A DNA stretch of 64,000 nucleotides, from assembly GCA_964545065.1 (NCBI GenBank), contig CAZJEO010000002.1, positions 68,879 through 132,878 on the forward strand, in the 5' to 3' direction. Positions 33,436-43,864 of the stretch are shown here, in pieces; the stretch's first letter is position 1, and each line of letters starts with the position of its first letter. The translations under genes and the position numbers were made by a program. Below the pieces are notes generated by a model that was not told the DNA's origin, did no database searches, and saw nothing but the letters and a program-made list of their open reading frames with translations. The stretch is from Candidatus Woesearchaeota archaeon (lineage in GTDB: Archaea > Nanobdellota > Nanobdellia > Pacearchaeales > GW2011-AR1).

Positions 33436-36294
33436 ATGGATGAAAAAATAAACGAGGACATTAGTGAAGAAATTCAAAGAACTCCTGAACCTGTTGTTAC
33501 AGAAGACATTGCAGAAAAAGAAGAAAAGATTGCAAAAAGTGTTGTGGAGGTTCCTGTTTCAAGAGATGATTTAGAAATAAGAAAAGAAAAATTAATTAAT
33601 TTCTTGAAGAAAAAGAAAGATTGGATTTATTACCTAATTCTATCATTTATTGTTTTTGTTGGGATGCTCATAAGAACAAGAAACATTCCAGGGCTGAAAG
33701 ACATAACAACTGGAACCTGGACCTTAGGACCGGATTTAGATCCTTTTTTATTTTTAAGGTGGGCAAAATATATTGCTGAACATGGGAAATTATTTTTATT
33801 TGATACTATGAGGTATGTCCCATTAACAGACATTTGTTCTGGAATTCAATGTAACCCAGTTAATACTGCTGGTGAAATGAACCTACTCTCTTATCTAATA
33901 GCGTGGCTGTATAAATTCTTAGCTATTTTCTCCAAAGATGTTACAGTTACATATGCTGCTATTATTTTTCCAGTAATTATGTTTGGTTTGACTACAGTTG
34001 CCTTTTTCCTTTTTGCAAGAAAGATATTTTACAAACAAAATAAAAAAATAAGAAACCTTATTGCTTTAGTTTCTACTGCATTTTTTGTAGTTATCCCCTC
34101 GTTGCTTCCGCGAACAATTGCAGGAATTCCAGAGAAAGAATCTGCAGCTTTCTTTTTTATATTTATTGCTTTTTATTTTTTCTTAGAGGCATTCACTTCT
34201 GAAAAATTAAAAAGAGGGTTAATATTCGGAACTTTGGCAGGAATATCAACAGGGTTGCTTGGATTAATATGGGGAGGAGTAACCTATGTTATCATGACAA
34301 TTGCAGGAGCTGTTTTATTTTCTTTCATACTGGGTAAGATTGACACAAAAAAGATGTGTTCATTTGGGTTGTGGATCATTAGTTTTGCGGTAATTTTAAT
34401 CTCTTTCTCCACAAGATATACCTTGACAAGTTTATTTACATCAGTTTCAACAGGTTTAGTATTTTTAGTTTTTTTCATTTTACTGTTTGATTTTTTGTTG
34501 TTTAAGAAAAAAATATTTAAGATAAGTGAAAAAATAAGAAGAAAGGTTCCGACACCAATTATCTCTTTGGTCCTTGCAGGAATCCTCTTGGTTATTTTGT
34601 CTAGCGTGGTATTTGGGATTTCATTTATTCCTGGACAAATATCCAATGTTATTGACCAAACAATTAATCCATTGGCACAAAGCAGATTTGGAGTTACTGT
34701 TGCAGAAAATAGACAGCCTTATTTTGTAAATGATTGGAAAAATAACTTTGGTCCTGTCTGGAAGGGTATTCCTGTTTTCTTTTGGTTATTTTTTATTGGT
34801 TCTGTTTTTCTTTTTAATTATATGGTGAAATCCTTAACCAAAAAAGAGCAGGGAATTTTAACATTTGGTTATATTCTTTTCTTATTGGGATTAGTGTTCA
34901 GTAAATATTCTTCAGGAAGTGTACTTAATGGAGATACTACTCTTAGTTTTGTTGTTTATTTTGGAGGAATTATTGCATTTCTGGGAATCTTTGGATATTT
35001 TTATTATAAAAGGCATAAAGAAGGAGGATTCTCTGATTTTAAGGGATTTGAATTTTCCCATATTTTATACTTTGTTGTTTTAACCATGGCAGCTATAGGT
35101 GCAAGAGGGGCTGTAAGATTAATTATGGTTCTTGGTGCTGTGAGCCCAATTGCTGTTGGATTCTTAATAGTTATGAGTTGCAAGAAATATCCAAGAAAAG
35201 GAGAAGACACGAAAAAGTTTTTTATTGGAATTGTTGTGCTATTAATATTACTCGCATCTATATTTACTGTGTGGACATACTATCAAAGTGACAAGAGGGT
35301 TGCAGAAAATTATGTTCCTGGAACATATCAATGGCAATGGCAAAAAGCCATGTCTTGGGTAAGAGAAAATACGCAAGAAGATGCTGTATTTGCTCACTGG
35401 TGGGATTATGGTTATTGGCTCCAATCTATAGGTGAAAGAGCTACTATTTTAGATGGAGGAAATGCTATTGGGTATTGGAACCATTTAATGGGGAGGCATG
35501 TGCTAACTGGAGAAGATGAGATAAAAGCCTTAGAATTTCTATATACTCATAATGGAACGCACCTCTTAATTGATTCTACTGAAATAGGAAAATATACTGC
35601 ATTTTCTAGTATTGGTTCTAATGAAGATTATGATAAGTTTTCATGGATTACGACTTTTTTGCTAGATGAATCACAAACGCAAGAAACAAAAGATGAAATA
35701 ATTTATTTCTACCCTGGAGGAACTATGACAGATGAAGATATTATCTGGGAAGAAAATGGAGAAGACATTATCTTACCTAGAAAAAATGCTGCTCTCGGGG
35801 GAATACTTTTGAGAAGAAAACCTAATGGAGAGATAATAGGTCTAGAAGGGGTATTTATGTACAATAATAATCGACATATTATACCCTTAAGATTTGCATA
35901 TTTAGGAGATACTTTGTATGACTTTGAAATTGGATTAGACGCCGGAGTATTTTTATTTCCAAAATTAGAACAAACTAGTGGAGGACTTAATATAAATGAG
36001 GTCGGAGCATTATTATATCTTAGTGAGAGAACCATTCATTCACAATTAGCAAGACTATATTTATTTGAAGAAGAGTCAAATTACTTCAAGATTGCCCATG
36101 TTGAAAGCAATTTTTTAATTGAAGATTTAAAAAACCAAGGCACAGATCTTGGAGAATTTGTATATTACCAAGGAATTCAAGGACCTATAAAGATATGGGA
36201 AATTGAATATCCAGAAGGAATGAAATTAAATGAAGAATTTTTAAGTACAGACTATCCAGAAGAACTAAGATTAATAAAACCTGGGGAATATTAA
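33436..36294 (+). CDS. aglB: Dolichyl-(mono/di)phosphooligosaccharide-protein glycosyltransferase AglB (STT3 family)
   Basis: ~13 TM N-terminal domain and the canonical WWDYGYW motif (AHWWDYGYWLQ). 952 aa. Confidence 0.9.
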   Translation: MDEKINEDISEEIQRTPEPVVTEDIAEKEEKIAKSVVEVPVSRDDLEIRKEKLINFLKKKKDWIYYLILSFIVFVGMLIRTRNIPGLKDITTGTWTLGPDLDPFLFLRWAKYIAEHGKLFLFDTMRYVPLTDICSGIQCNPVNTAGEMNLLSYLIAWLYKFLAIFSKDVTVTYAAIIFPVIMFGLTTVAFFLFARKIFYKQNKKIRNLIALVSTAFFVVIPSLLPRTIAGIPEKESAAFFFIFIAFYFFLEAFTSEKLKRGLIFGTLAGISTGLLGLIWGGVTYVIMTIAGAVLFSFILGKIDTKKMCSFGLWIISFAVILISFSTRYTLTSLFTSVSTGLVFLVFFILLFDFLLFKKKIFKISEKIRRKVPTPIISLVLAGILLVILSSVVFGISFIPGQISNVIDQTINPLAQSRFGVTVAENRQPYFVNDWKNNFGPVWKGIPVFFWLFFIGSVFLFNYMVKSLTKKEQGILTFGYILFLLGLVFSKYSSGSVLNGDTTLSFVVYFGGIIAFLGIFGYFYYKRHKEGGFSDFKGFEFSHILYFVVLTMAAIGARGAVRLIMVLGAVSPIAVGFLIVMSCKKYPRKGEDTKKFFIGIVVLLILLASIFTVWTYYQSDKRVAENYVPGTYQWQWQKAMSWVRENTQEDAVFAHWWDYGYWLQSIGERATILDGGNAIGYWNHLMGRHVLTGEDEIKALEFLYTHNGTHLLIDSTEIGKYTAFSSIGSNEDYDKFSWITTFLLDESQTQETKDEIIYFYPGGTMTDEDIIWEENGEDIILPRKNAALGGILLRRKPNGEIIGLEGVFMYNNNRHIIPLRFAYLGDTLYDFEIGLDAGVFLFPKLEQTSGGLNINEVGALLYLSERTIHSQLARLYLFEEESNYFKIAHVESNFLIEDLKNQGTDLGEFVYYQGIQGPIKIWEIEYPEGMKLNEEFLSTDYPEELRLIKPGEY

Positions 36295-36298
36295 TAAG

Positions 36299-37303
36299 AT
36301 GGAAATTATTTTAGCTCTTCCGATTCTTTTTGGTTTTTGCTTAACGTTTTTTTCTATTCCCTTGTGGATGACTCGTGCAAAGAGAGTGGGACTTTTCGGG
36401 GGAGATATGCACAAAACCGATAAGAAAAAAGTTGTAGAGGCTGGAGGAATTTGTGTTATGATGGGATTTATTTTTGGGGTATTAATTTATATTGCGATAA
36501 AAACATTTTATTTCAGTGCCAATCCAGATGATAAAATTGTTGAGATACTTGGATTGGTGAGTGTGATACTTATAACATCATTTATTGGTTTTACTGACGA
36601 TATTCTTGGGTGGAAAATAGGACTGAATAGAAAAGTTAGAATTCTGCTTTTGCTTTTTGCTGCCTTGCCTTTGATAGTTATAAATGCCGGGGAGTCAAGC
36701 AGGATGGGGATGAGTTTGGGATTATTTTATCCTTTGGTTTTAATTCCTCTTGGGATTATAGGTGCTTCTACAACATTTAATTTTCTTGCGGGGTATAATG
36801 GGCTGGAAGCAAGTCAAGGAATCATAATTTTGTTTGGTCTTTCAGTTGTAAATTTCTTTATAGGGAAAACATGGTTGAGCATGATTGGGTTGGTCATGAT
36901 GGCTTGTTTAGCGGCTTTTTATATCTTTAATAAAAATCCTGCTCAAATTTTTCCTGGAGATACTATGACTTATTCTGTGGGAGCTTTAATTGCTGGAATT
37001 GCCATTTTAGGGGGCACTGAAAAAATAGCTATTTTCTTTTTCATTCCTTATATCTTAGAAACTGGATTAAAATTAAGGGGTAAATTGAAAAAAGAGAGTT
37101 TTGCGAAATTAAATGAAGAAGGGGGATTGGAAATGCCCTATAAAAAAATCTATGGGCTTGAGCATTTGGCGATATATATTCTCAAGAAAATAAGACCAAA
37201 AAAGAATGTCTGTGAAAGAGATGTTGTTTATCTTATCAACTTTTTTCAGATTTTAATAATTATAGTTGGATTCATTTTATTTAGGAGTATGTTGTTTCAA
37301 TGA
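36299..37303 (+). CDS. UDP-GlcNAc:dolichyl-phosphate GlcNAc-1-phosphate transferase (MraY/WecA/AglH family)
   Basis: Polytopic protein with GFTDDILG and NFLAGYNGLEA motifs of the glycosyltransferase family 4 (MraY-like) enzymes. Confidence 0.75.
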   Translation: MEIILALPILFGFCLTFFSIPLWMTRAKRVGLFGGDMHKTDKKKVVEAGGICVMMGFIFGVLIYIAIKTFYFSANPDDKIVEILGLVSVILITSFIGFTDDILGWKIGLNRKVRILLLLFAALPLIVINAGESSRMGMSLGLFYPLVLIPLGIIGASTTFNFLAGYNGLEASQGIIILFGLSVVNFFIGKTWLSMIGLVMMACLAAFYIFNKNPAQIFPGDTMTYSVGALIAGIAILGGTEKIAIFFFIPYILETGLKLRGKLKKESFAKLNEEGGLEMPYKKIYGLEHLAIYILKKIRPKKNVCERDVVYLINFFQILIIIVGFILFRSMLFQ

Positions 37304-38223
37304 GAATTAAAAAATATCTTCCAATCATTGGAATTGGTTTGTTTATTTATATCTTGATAAAAGTTGGGATTTCTCAGATTTTTGATGAAGTAATTCAAGC
37401 AAATTTATTTTTCCTATTAGTCGCTATGTTTTTTGTTTTTGCTGCACTCATTACTGGAACATTAAAATGGTTTGTAATTGCCCACAAGCAAAAGATAAAA
37501 GTTCCATTTTGGAAGGCTTTTAGAATAAATTTAATTTGTTTCTTTTATGGATTTATAACTCCTTCAAAAGTAGGACATATTATGCGTGCGGGTTATTTAA
37601 AAAAATATAATAATCAGCATCTGGGCAAAGGTATTAGCAATTATGTTTTAGATAAAATTATGGATTTATTTTCTTTAGTTTTTCTTGCAATAGTATTTTC
37701 ATTTGTATTTAGAAATTTAATATCAATAAATTATCTTTATTATGCTCTTGGAGGATTAGCTTTGCTTATATCTCTCTTAATAATCTTTAGAAAAGAGGGT
37801 AGAAGCAGATCAATATTAAAAATATTTTATAGACTAATTCCAAAAAAAAGGAGAGACAAAGTAAAACACGAGTTCCATTTATTCTATAAAGATATGCCTA
37901 AGAAAAGATATTTTCTTTTATTCCTTTTATTTCATGTGATAAACTGGGTTGTTATATACACTATCACTTTTTTTGTAGGAATTTCCTTGGGAATAAATAT
38001 TTCTTTCTTTTATTTTTTAGCGATCCTCCCAATTGCAACCCTCATTGGGCAGATTCCTATTACAATAAGTGGGCTTGGAATAAGAGAAGCAACCATGATT
38101 AAGTTGTTTGGATTGTTGGGAATCGGTGCTACAAAAATATTTTCAATGTCAATAATAACCTTATTTCTTGCGGGGATAATTCCTGCTATTATTGGAAGTT
38201 TTTTGAGTTTCAAACATAAGTAA
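37300..38223 (+). CDS. UPF0104 / lysylphosphatidylglycerol-synthase-TM-like (flippase-like) membrane protein
   Basis: 8-TM protein. ATGA overlap with the upstream transferase, and GLGIREA near the C-terminus. Confidence 0.5.
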   Translation: MRIKKYLPIIGIGLFIYILIKVGISQIFDEVIQANLFFLLVAMFFVFAALITGTLKWFVIAHKQKIKVPFWKAFRINLICFFYGFITPSKVGHIMRAGYLKKYNNQHLGKGISNYVLDKIMDLFSLVFLAIVFSFVFRNLISINYLYYALGGLALLISLLIIFRKEGRSRSILKIFYRLIPKKRRDKVKHEFHLFYKDMPKKRYFLLFLLFHVINWVVIYTITFFVGISLGINISFFYFLAILPIATLIGQIPITISGLGIREATMIKLFGLLGIGATKIFSMSIITLFLAGIIPAIIGSFLSFKHK

Positions 38224-38268
38224 TTCCATTATAACAATGCTTTTAAGTTTTGATAAAAAAGATAATTT

Positions 38269-39039
38269 ATGCAAAAGGTGTCAATTATCATTCCTGCTTA
38301 TAATGAAGAAGGGAGGATTGGAAGAATTCTTGAAAAGTATTGTAAATTTTTTAGAGAGAGAAAAGAAATCATTGAGATCATTGTTGTGGTAAACAATACA
38401 AAAGACAAAACAGAGGAAATTGTCAAAGAATTTTCAGGAAGATATCCTGAAGTTAGATGTTTAAATTTTGGGCAAGGGGGCAAGGGTTTTGCAATAATAA
38501 AAGGATTTGAAGATGCGCTGAAAAGGGACGCAGAGTTCATTGGATTTGCTGATGCAGATATGGCAACTCCTCCAGAAGCTTTTTATGATTTGGTTAGGAA
38601 TATTCCTGGACATGATGGGATAATTGCAGATCGGTGGCACAAGAATAGTAAAATCATACCTAAGCAAAGCTTGTTTAGGAGATTTATTAGTAGGGCATAT
38701 AATTTAGTTGTTAGAACCTTGTTTTTATTTCCTTATAGAGACACACAATGTGGAGCGAAGTTATTTAAGAGGAAGATTATTGAAGAAAATTATAAAAAAT
38801 TGGTGACGAGTAATTGGGGCTTTGATGTTGCTTTATTATATTGCTTAAGGAGAGAGAGTCGTGCGAGGATAAAATCAATCCCAACTATTTGGCATGATCA
38901 AGAAGGGTCAAAAATAAATCTAAAGAAAACCCCGTTGAGGATGCTTGTGTCTTGCATCAGATTAAGGCTTATTCACTCTCCTTTCAAGGATTTTGTCAGA
39001 TTATATAGAAGATTGCCTGAGAAATTAAAAATTCATTGA
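38269..39039 (+). CDS. GT2 glycosyltransferase (dolichyl-phosphate hexose synthase-like)
   Basis: VSIIIPAYNEE start and DAD (FADADM) motif, typical GT-A GT2. Confidence 0.75.
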   Translation: MQKVSIIIPAYNEEGRIGRILEKYCKFFRERKEIIEIIVVVNNTKDKTEEIVKEFSGRYPEVRCLNFGQGGKGFAIIKGFEDALKRDAEFIGFADADMATPPEAFYDLVRNIPGHDGIIADRWHKNSKIIPKQSLFRRFISRAYNLVVRTLFLFPYRDTQCGAKLFKRKIIEENYKKLVTSNWGFDVALLYCLRRESRARIKSIPTIWHDQEGSKINLKKTPLRMLVSCIRLRLIHSPFKDFVRLYRRLPEKLKIH

Positions 39040-39088
39040 ATTTTTTGAGTATACAAAAACTTATAAAATAATTCTTCCATAAAAAATT

Positions 39089-39997
39089 ATGGGAATTGGA
39101 AACACTAAAACAGATCTGCAAATTGAAAACGTCAAGGCAGACTTGCATACACATGGATGGCCTGGACAAGAACCTGGGCCAGGACAAGTTGTATTGAAAA
39201 TGCTTGGAGAAACTGGAGAAAGAAACCTTCAATCAATTGCTGAAAGAGGATTTAGGGAAGGGCAGAACACATTAATTGCATTGGTTAATTTTAATGATAC
39301 AAGATATCAAAAAATAGTAAATACAAGAGGGGATGTTCCAAAAGGATTTGATATTTATGATGATCATGTAGAAAGATTTGTTGGTGTTTATGACAAGCAA
39401 AGAGAACTCTGGAACTTTGTTCTAAGAGGTCAGGAAGTTCCGACAGACCAGGGACATTTGTTAGTTTTAGGAGGAAATGAAGAAATTGAAAGAAGGGTGG
39501 TTGAAGATGTCTTGAAAGAAGCAGAGGATATGGGTGCTTTAATTGGTGGAGACCATGTTCTTGCAAAAGAGCCGGGGAAAATATTTAATAAAATAGGTTC
39601 TAAGGAAAGTGAGAGGTATTCTCTTGGGGAAGAAAACGTGAGGAAATATGGAAAGAGATTTGATTTTATTGAATATGGAAATTCAAATGTTTGGAAATTA
39701 ACTGAAGAAACAGAAAATTTTGGTGAGGAAACAGGAATTCCTGGTTTTTACAGTTCAGATTCTCATGACCTTAAAAGAATCTTTAGTTCTTATAGGGTTT
39801 TTCCAGAACTAGATTTTTCTGATTTTCAAACATTGAGACAAGGCATAATTGAATGCATAGAATCTGAAACAGTTTCACATTATTCTGGTGGAAATAGGAG
39901 ATTAGAAAATTTGTGGCATGGTTTAGCAGTTCTTTATAATATTGCAAGACAAAGAATAGGCATTGTTAAGAAACCTATTTATGAAATAGAGTACTAA
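39089..39997 (+). CDS. PHP-domain-like metal-dependent phosphoesterase, tentative
   Basis: ADLHTHGWPG (HxH) near the N-terminus, then GGDHV and SSDSHD. Confidence 0.4.
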   Translation: MGIGNTKTDLQIENVKADLHTHGWPGQEPGPGQVVLKMLGETGERNLQSIAERGFREGQNTLIALVNFNDTRYQKIVNTRGDVPKGFDIYDDHVERFVGVYDKQRELWNFVLRGQEVPTDQGHLLVLGGNEEIERRVVEDVLKEAEDMGALIGGDHVLAKEPGKIFNKIGSKESERYSLGEENVRKYGKRFDFIEYGNSNVWKLTEETENFGEETGIPGFYSSDSHDLKRIFSSYRVFPELDFSDFQTLRQGIIECIESETVSHYSGGNRRLENLWHGLAVLYNIARQRIGIVKKPIYEIEY

Positions 39998-40038
39998 AGC
40001 TCCAAAATCTTTAAAACCTAATTAATTCACTATGGAAT

Positions 40039-41493
40039 ATGAAAATCTTGGTTGGATATCCTCCGACAGAATCTGAGAAAGGGATTGCGACACTTGGGCA
40101 AAATAGGCAGTTCCAGTGGTTTAGTAATCCTTGTTTAATTTACCCAATTGTTCCTGCAACTGCTGCAACATTATTAAAGGAAAAATATGATGTGGGGTGG
40201 ATTGATTGTATTGCTGAAAATATTTCGTGGCAGGATTTTCTGAAAAAGATTGAAAAAGAAAAACCAGACCTATTTGCGTTTGAAACAAAAACTCCTGTGA
40301 TTAAACAGCATTGGAAAACAATTGACAAGTTGAAGGAAGAGTTTCCTGAAATGAAAATTGCGATTATGGGGGACCATGTAACTTCTTTTCCAGAAGAAAG
40401 TATGAAAAATTCAAAAGTTGATTTTGCTATTTGTGGGGGGGATTTTGATTTTGCTCTTAGTGATTTATGTGCTTGGCTTGAGAAAAAAGGGAAGGTTCCC
40501 ACAGGAATTTATTATAGGAAAAAAGGGGAGATTGTTGGTTCTGGGAAGTTTGAATTAAGGCATGATTTAGATGAGCTTCCTTTTATTGACCGCGAGTTGA
40601 CAAAATGGGATTTGTATCAGAAGGAGTATAATATTTCGCGGAAGCCGTATTTTTATATTATGTCTGGAAGAGATTGCTGGTGGGGAAAGTGTAAGTTTTG
40701 TTCTTGGCCGAGAATGTTTCCGAAATTTAGGGTTCGGAGTGTTGAGAATGTTTTGGATGAAATTGGAATGTTAATTGAGAAGTATAATGCTCGAGAGATT
40801 TTTGATGATTCTGGAACTTTGATGATAGGTGAGTGGTTGAAACAACTTTGTGAAGGATTGATAAGCAGAGGATATAATAAAAAAATAAGGTATTCGTGTA
40901 ATATGCGGTTCGGTGCTTTAGATCAAGAAGATTATGTTCTAATGAAAAAGGCGGGGTTTCGGTTGTTGAAATTTGGGCTGGAATCAGGAAATCAGGATAC
41001 GCTTAATAAATTGGATAAGGGAATAAAGGTGGGAGATATTGTTGAAGGTTGTAAGATGGCTCAGAAAGCTGGTTTGACTGTGCATTTGACTATGATTGTG
41101 GGTTATCCTTGGGAAACAAAAGAAGATGCTATGAAGACATTTAAACTTGCGAAGAAGTTGATGCAATCTGGAAAGGCTGATTTGTTGCAATCGACTGTTC
41201 TTATCCCATACCCTGGGACGCCACTATGGAAAGATGCGAAAAAGAGTGATTGGTTTTTGTTTGGCCCAGAAGATTATGAGAGATATGATCAAAAAGAACC
41301 TGTCTTAAAAACAAAAAATTCTGATCCAAAAGAAGTTGCTGCTGTTTGTGGAAAAATTTATACTATTTTTTTAAGTCCTCAATATATATTTGCAAGACTA
41401 AAATCTATAAAGAGTTGGGAAGATTTTAAATTTAATCTAAGGGGTGTTAAGGCTGTTTTTGGGCATCTCAAGGATTTTTTAATAAAAAAATGA
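40039..41493 (+). CDS. B12-binding-domain radical SAM protein (paralogue 1, atypical Cys spacing)
   Basis: N-terminal Rossmann-like B12-binding region, then CWWGKCKFC (Cx4Cx2C) in place of CxxxCxxC. Confidence 0.65.
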   Translation: MKILVGYPPTESEKGIATLGQNRQFQWFSNPCLIYPIVPATAATLLKEKYDVGWIDCIAENISWQDFLKKIEKEKPDLFAFETKTPVIKQHWKTIDKLKEEFPEMKIAIMGDHVTSFPEESMKNSKVDFAICGGDFDFALSDLCAWLEKKGKVPTGIYYRKKGEIVGSGKFELRHDLDELPFIDRELTKWDLYQKEYNISRKPYFYIMSGRDCWWGKCKFCSWPRMFPKFRVRSVENVLDEIGMLIEKYNAREIFDDSGTLMIGEWLKQLCEGLISRGYNKKIRYSCNMRFGALDQEDYVLMKKAGFRLLKFGLESGNQDTLNKLDKGIKVGDIVEGCKMAQKAGLTVHLTMIVGYPWETKEDAMKTFKLAKKLMQSGKADLLQSTVLIPYPGTPLWKDAKKSDWFLFGPEDYERYDQKEPVLKTKNSDPKEVAAVCGKIYTIFLSPQYIFARLKSIKSWEDFKFNLRGVKAVFGHLKDFLIKK

Positions 41494-42581
41494 GTAATTT
41501 AACTAAACATATGCTAAATTTTTTGCTGTTTTCTTTTGGAAAAACCAAACCAATTATAGGCCCGATAAGAGTCCATTGGGATATAACAGAATTATGCAAT
41601 TCAAGATGTAAACATTGCACACGATGGAAATTAAAAAATTCAAAAAACGACTTAAGTACTAAGGAAGCTATGAGGGTGATGAGAGAATTAAAAGAGGTTG
41701 GTGTCAGGTCGATATCCTTTTCGGGGAATGAGCCCTTGATGAGAAGAAATATTTATGATTTAGTAAAATATGCTAATAGCCTTAAAATTTTTACCTCTAT
41801 AAACACCAATGGAATATTATTAAACAAGAAAAATACAGAAACCTTGATAAGAAACGGTATTGGAACTTTTATTTTTTCCTTGGATAGCTCTAACAAAAAA
41901 GACCATGATTTTATAAGGGGAGTCTCTGGTTCTTTTGATAAAATTTTCGAATGTGTTAGTTTAATAAAGAAAATTAGAAAAGAAGATGGGAAAAAAGTAG
42001 ATATCCAAGTTACAACTGTTGCAAATAGAAAAAATGTAAAACAACTTTATGATATTGTAAAACTTTGCAAAGAAAAAGGATTTGATAAAATTATCATCCA
42101 GCCAATTCATCATATCAAAAAATATTTTGAATCAGAAGAATCTCTTTTATTGAGAAAAGAAGATGTTGCTGAAATGCAAAAACAAATTGACAAGATTAAA
42201 AAAGATTTTGAAGATTTTGTAGCTGTACCCAATCAATATTTGGATAATTTCAAAACTTTTATTGAAAATCCAAATGAAATGTATAAATACAGATGTACTG
42301 CATTTTTTATTACCGGCGATATAAGGTCCAACGGAGATGTTGTCCCATGCCCTGTGGGTTTTAGAAAATTAGGAAATTTAAAAGAAAAATCTTTTAAGGA
42401 AATTTGGTATTCAAAAGAAGCAACTAAATTAAGATTGGATATAAAAAATAATAAACATCCCATGTGCTGGTTTTCTTGTATACAACCCATAAATTTAATT
42501 GCAGATAATGTTAAAAGACTCAATATATTTGGGTTATTAAATATAAAATTTTTGAAACATGCATTTTCAAAAATAAAATGA
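41490..42581 (+). CDS. Radical SAM protein with a C-terminal SPASM/twitch-like domain
   Basis: CNSRCKHC (CxxxCxxC) near the N-terminus. C-terminal C-x12-G-x4-C (CTAFFITGDIRSNGDVVPC) and CWFSC. Confidence 0.7.
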   Translation: MSNLTKHMLNFLLFSFGKTKPIIGPIRVHWDITELCNSRCKHCTRWKLKNSKNDLSTKEAMRVMRELKEVGVRSISFSGNEPLMRRNIYDLVKYANSLKIFTSINTNGILLNKKNTETLIRNGIGTFIFSLDSSNKKDHDFIRGVSGSFDKIFECVSLIKKIRKEDGKKVDIQVTTVANRKNVKQLYDIVKLCKEKGFDKIIIQPIHHIKKYFESEESLLLRKEDVAEMQKQIDKIKKDFEDFVAVPNQYLDNFKTFIENPNEMYKYRCTAFFITGDIRSNGDVVPCPVGFRKLGNLKEKSFKEIWYSKEATKLRLDIKNNKHPMCWFSCIQPINLIADNVKRLNIFGLLNIKFLKHAFSKIK

Positions 42582-43864
42582 AACACAAATATACTAGATT
42601 TCCTGAAGCAGATGAATTGGTGCAAAGATATTTAGACATAATTGTTGGGGAAGTAAAGGAATCTGTTCATGGGTTAAAAGCAATAATTCTTTCTGGAGGT
42701 TATGGAAGAGGAGAAGGGGCAATAGAACTAATAAATAAAAAACCAAAACTGATAAATGATTTTGATATTTATTTGATAACAAAAAAACAATTATCAGATC
42801 ATTTTCTTGAGGGATTAGGTAAAAAATGTTCGAGATTAATTGGTAAGGGGGGATTGGAATATCCCGAGAATTGTAATATGAAGTTTGATTTCAATACTTT
42901 CTTTAATGTGGATTTAAGATGTATAACCTCTCGAAAATTAAAATATCTCTCTCCACTTGTGAGGTATTTTGAAATGAAAAATTCTACAACTCTGCTTTGG
43001 GGAGAAGATGTTAGAAAATTGATTCCAGATATGAAACCTTCGGATTTGCCTTTTTCTGAGGGTCTTCGTTTATTATCCAACAGGATGATGAATATGTTCT
43101 TATCTATGAAACCAGAATATTTAGAGAAAAAACCATCCCATGATGAAATTGGTATTGCGAATTATTACATATGCAAAGTATATCTTGCTTGTTGTGAAGC
43201 TTTATTGTTGTATTCGGGGGAATTTAGAGCAACTTATAATGGAAGAAAAGAAAGATTTTTAGAAGTTTATGAAAAAAAATTTCCTGATCTGTTCAAAATT
43301 CTTCCGACACTTGCAGAAAAAGTCAATTTTATGACTGAATACAAATTTAATCCGGATATTAAAAAATTTAATTATCAAACAGAATGGTTTATTGCAAGAA
43401 AACATGTTACAGAAATTTTCAAATATATAATTTTAAGAACTATAAAGAAAAAATTTACCAATTGGATTGGATTAAGCAAAGATATTAAAAGAGAATTGGA
43501 AAAATATTACTTTGAAGATTATGCGGGATTTATTCTTAAGAGATTTAAATTAAATTTCAAGCTTAATCGTCTTATTTTGGGCAAACTTATGGCAAGTGTC
43601 CTAAGTTTCTTATATTTTTTGAAGATAAAAGAAGAAACTGGAAAATTGTATTTTAAAGGTTTTTCTTTTAAGGACCCTGGGTTAAAAATTCTTAGTTTGA
43701 CTCCACTTGTTCTGTTCAGCATTGATCAAAATGAAAAATATAAAAATTACATTGAGAAAGAATTAAAAAAAGTTTATCCCATCAAAAAAATTGATTCTTG
43801 GAACTCTGTAAAAGAAAATTATCTCGACGTTTATAAATTATATTACCTAAGGAGATTTGTATGA
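42578..43864 (+). CDS. Nucleotidyltransferase-fold (Pol-beta-like) protein, tentative
   Basis: SGGYGRGEG...NDFDIYL matches the GS/G-x(n)-DxD minimal NTase motif. The rest is unrecognised. Confidence 0.4.
   Translation: MKHKYTRFPEADELVQRYLDIIVGEVKESVHGLKAIILSGGYGRGEGAIELINKKPKLINDFDIYLITKKQLSDHFLEGLGKKCSRLIGKGGLEYPENCNMKFDFNTFFNVDLRCITSRKLKYLSPLVRYFEMKNSTTLLWGEDVRKLIPDMKPSDLPFSEGLRLLSNRMMNMFLSMKPEYLEKKPSHDEIGIANYYICKVYLACCEALLLYSGEFRATYNGRKERFLEVYEKKFPDLFKILPTLAEKVNFMTEYKFNPDIKKFNYQTEWFIARKHVTEIFKYIILRTIKKKFTNWIGLSKDIKRELEKYYFEDYAGFILKRFKLNFKLNRLILGKLMASVLSFLYFLKIKEETGKLYFKGFSFKDPGLKILSLTPLVLFSIDQNEKYKNYIEKELKKVYPIKKIDSWNSVKENYLDVYKLYYLRRFV

Noticed and set aside
41490-42581. The SPASM/twitch radical SAM might be a RiPP maturase with a nearby precursor peptide
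   Set aside because: No plausible small precursor ORF flanks it, and it is translationally coupled inside a glycosylation-type operon.
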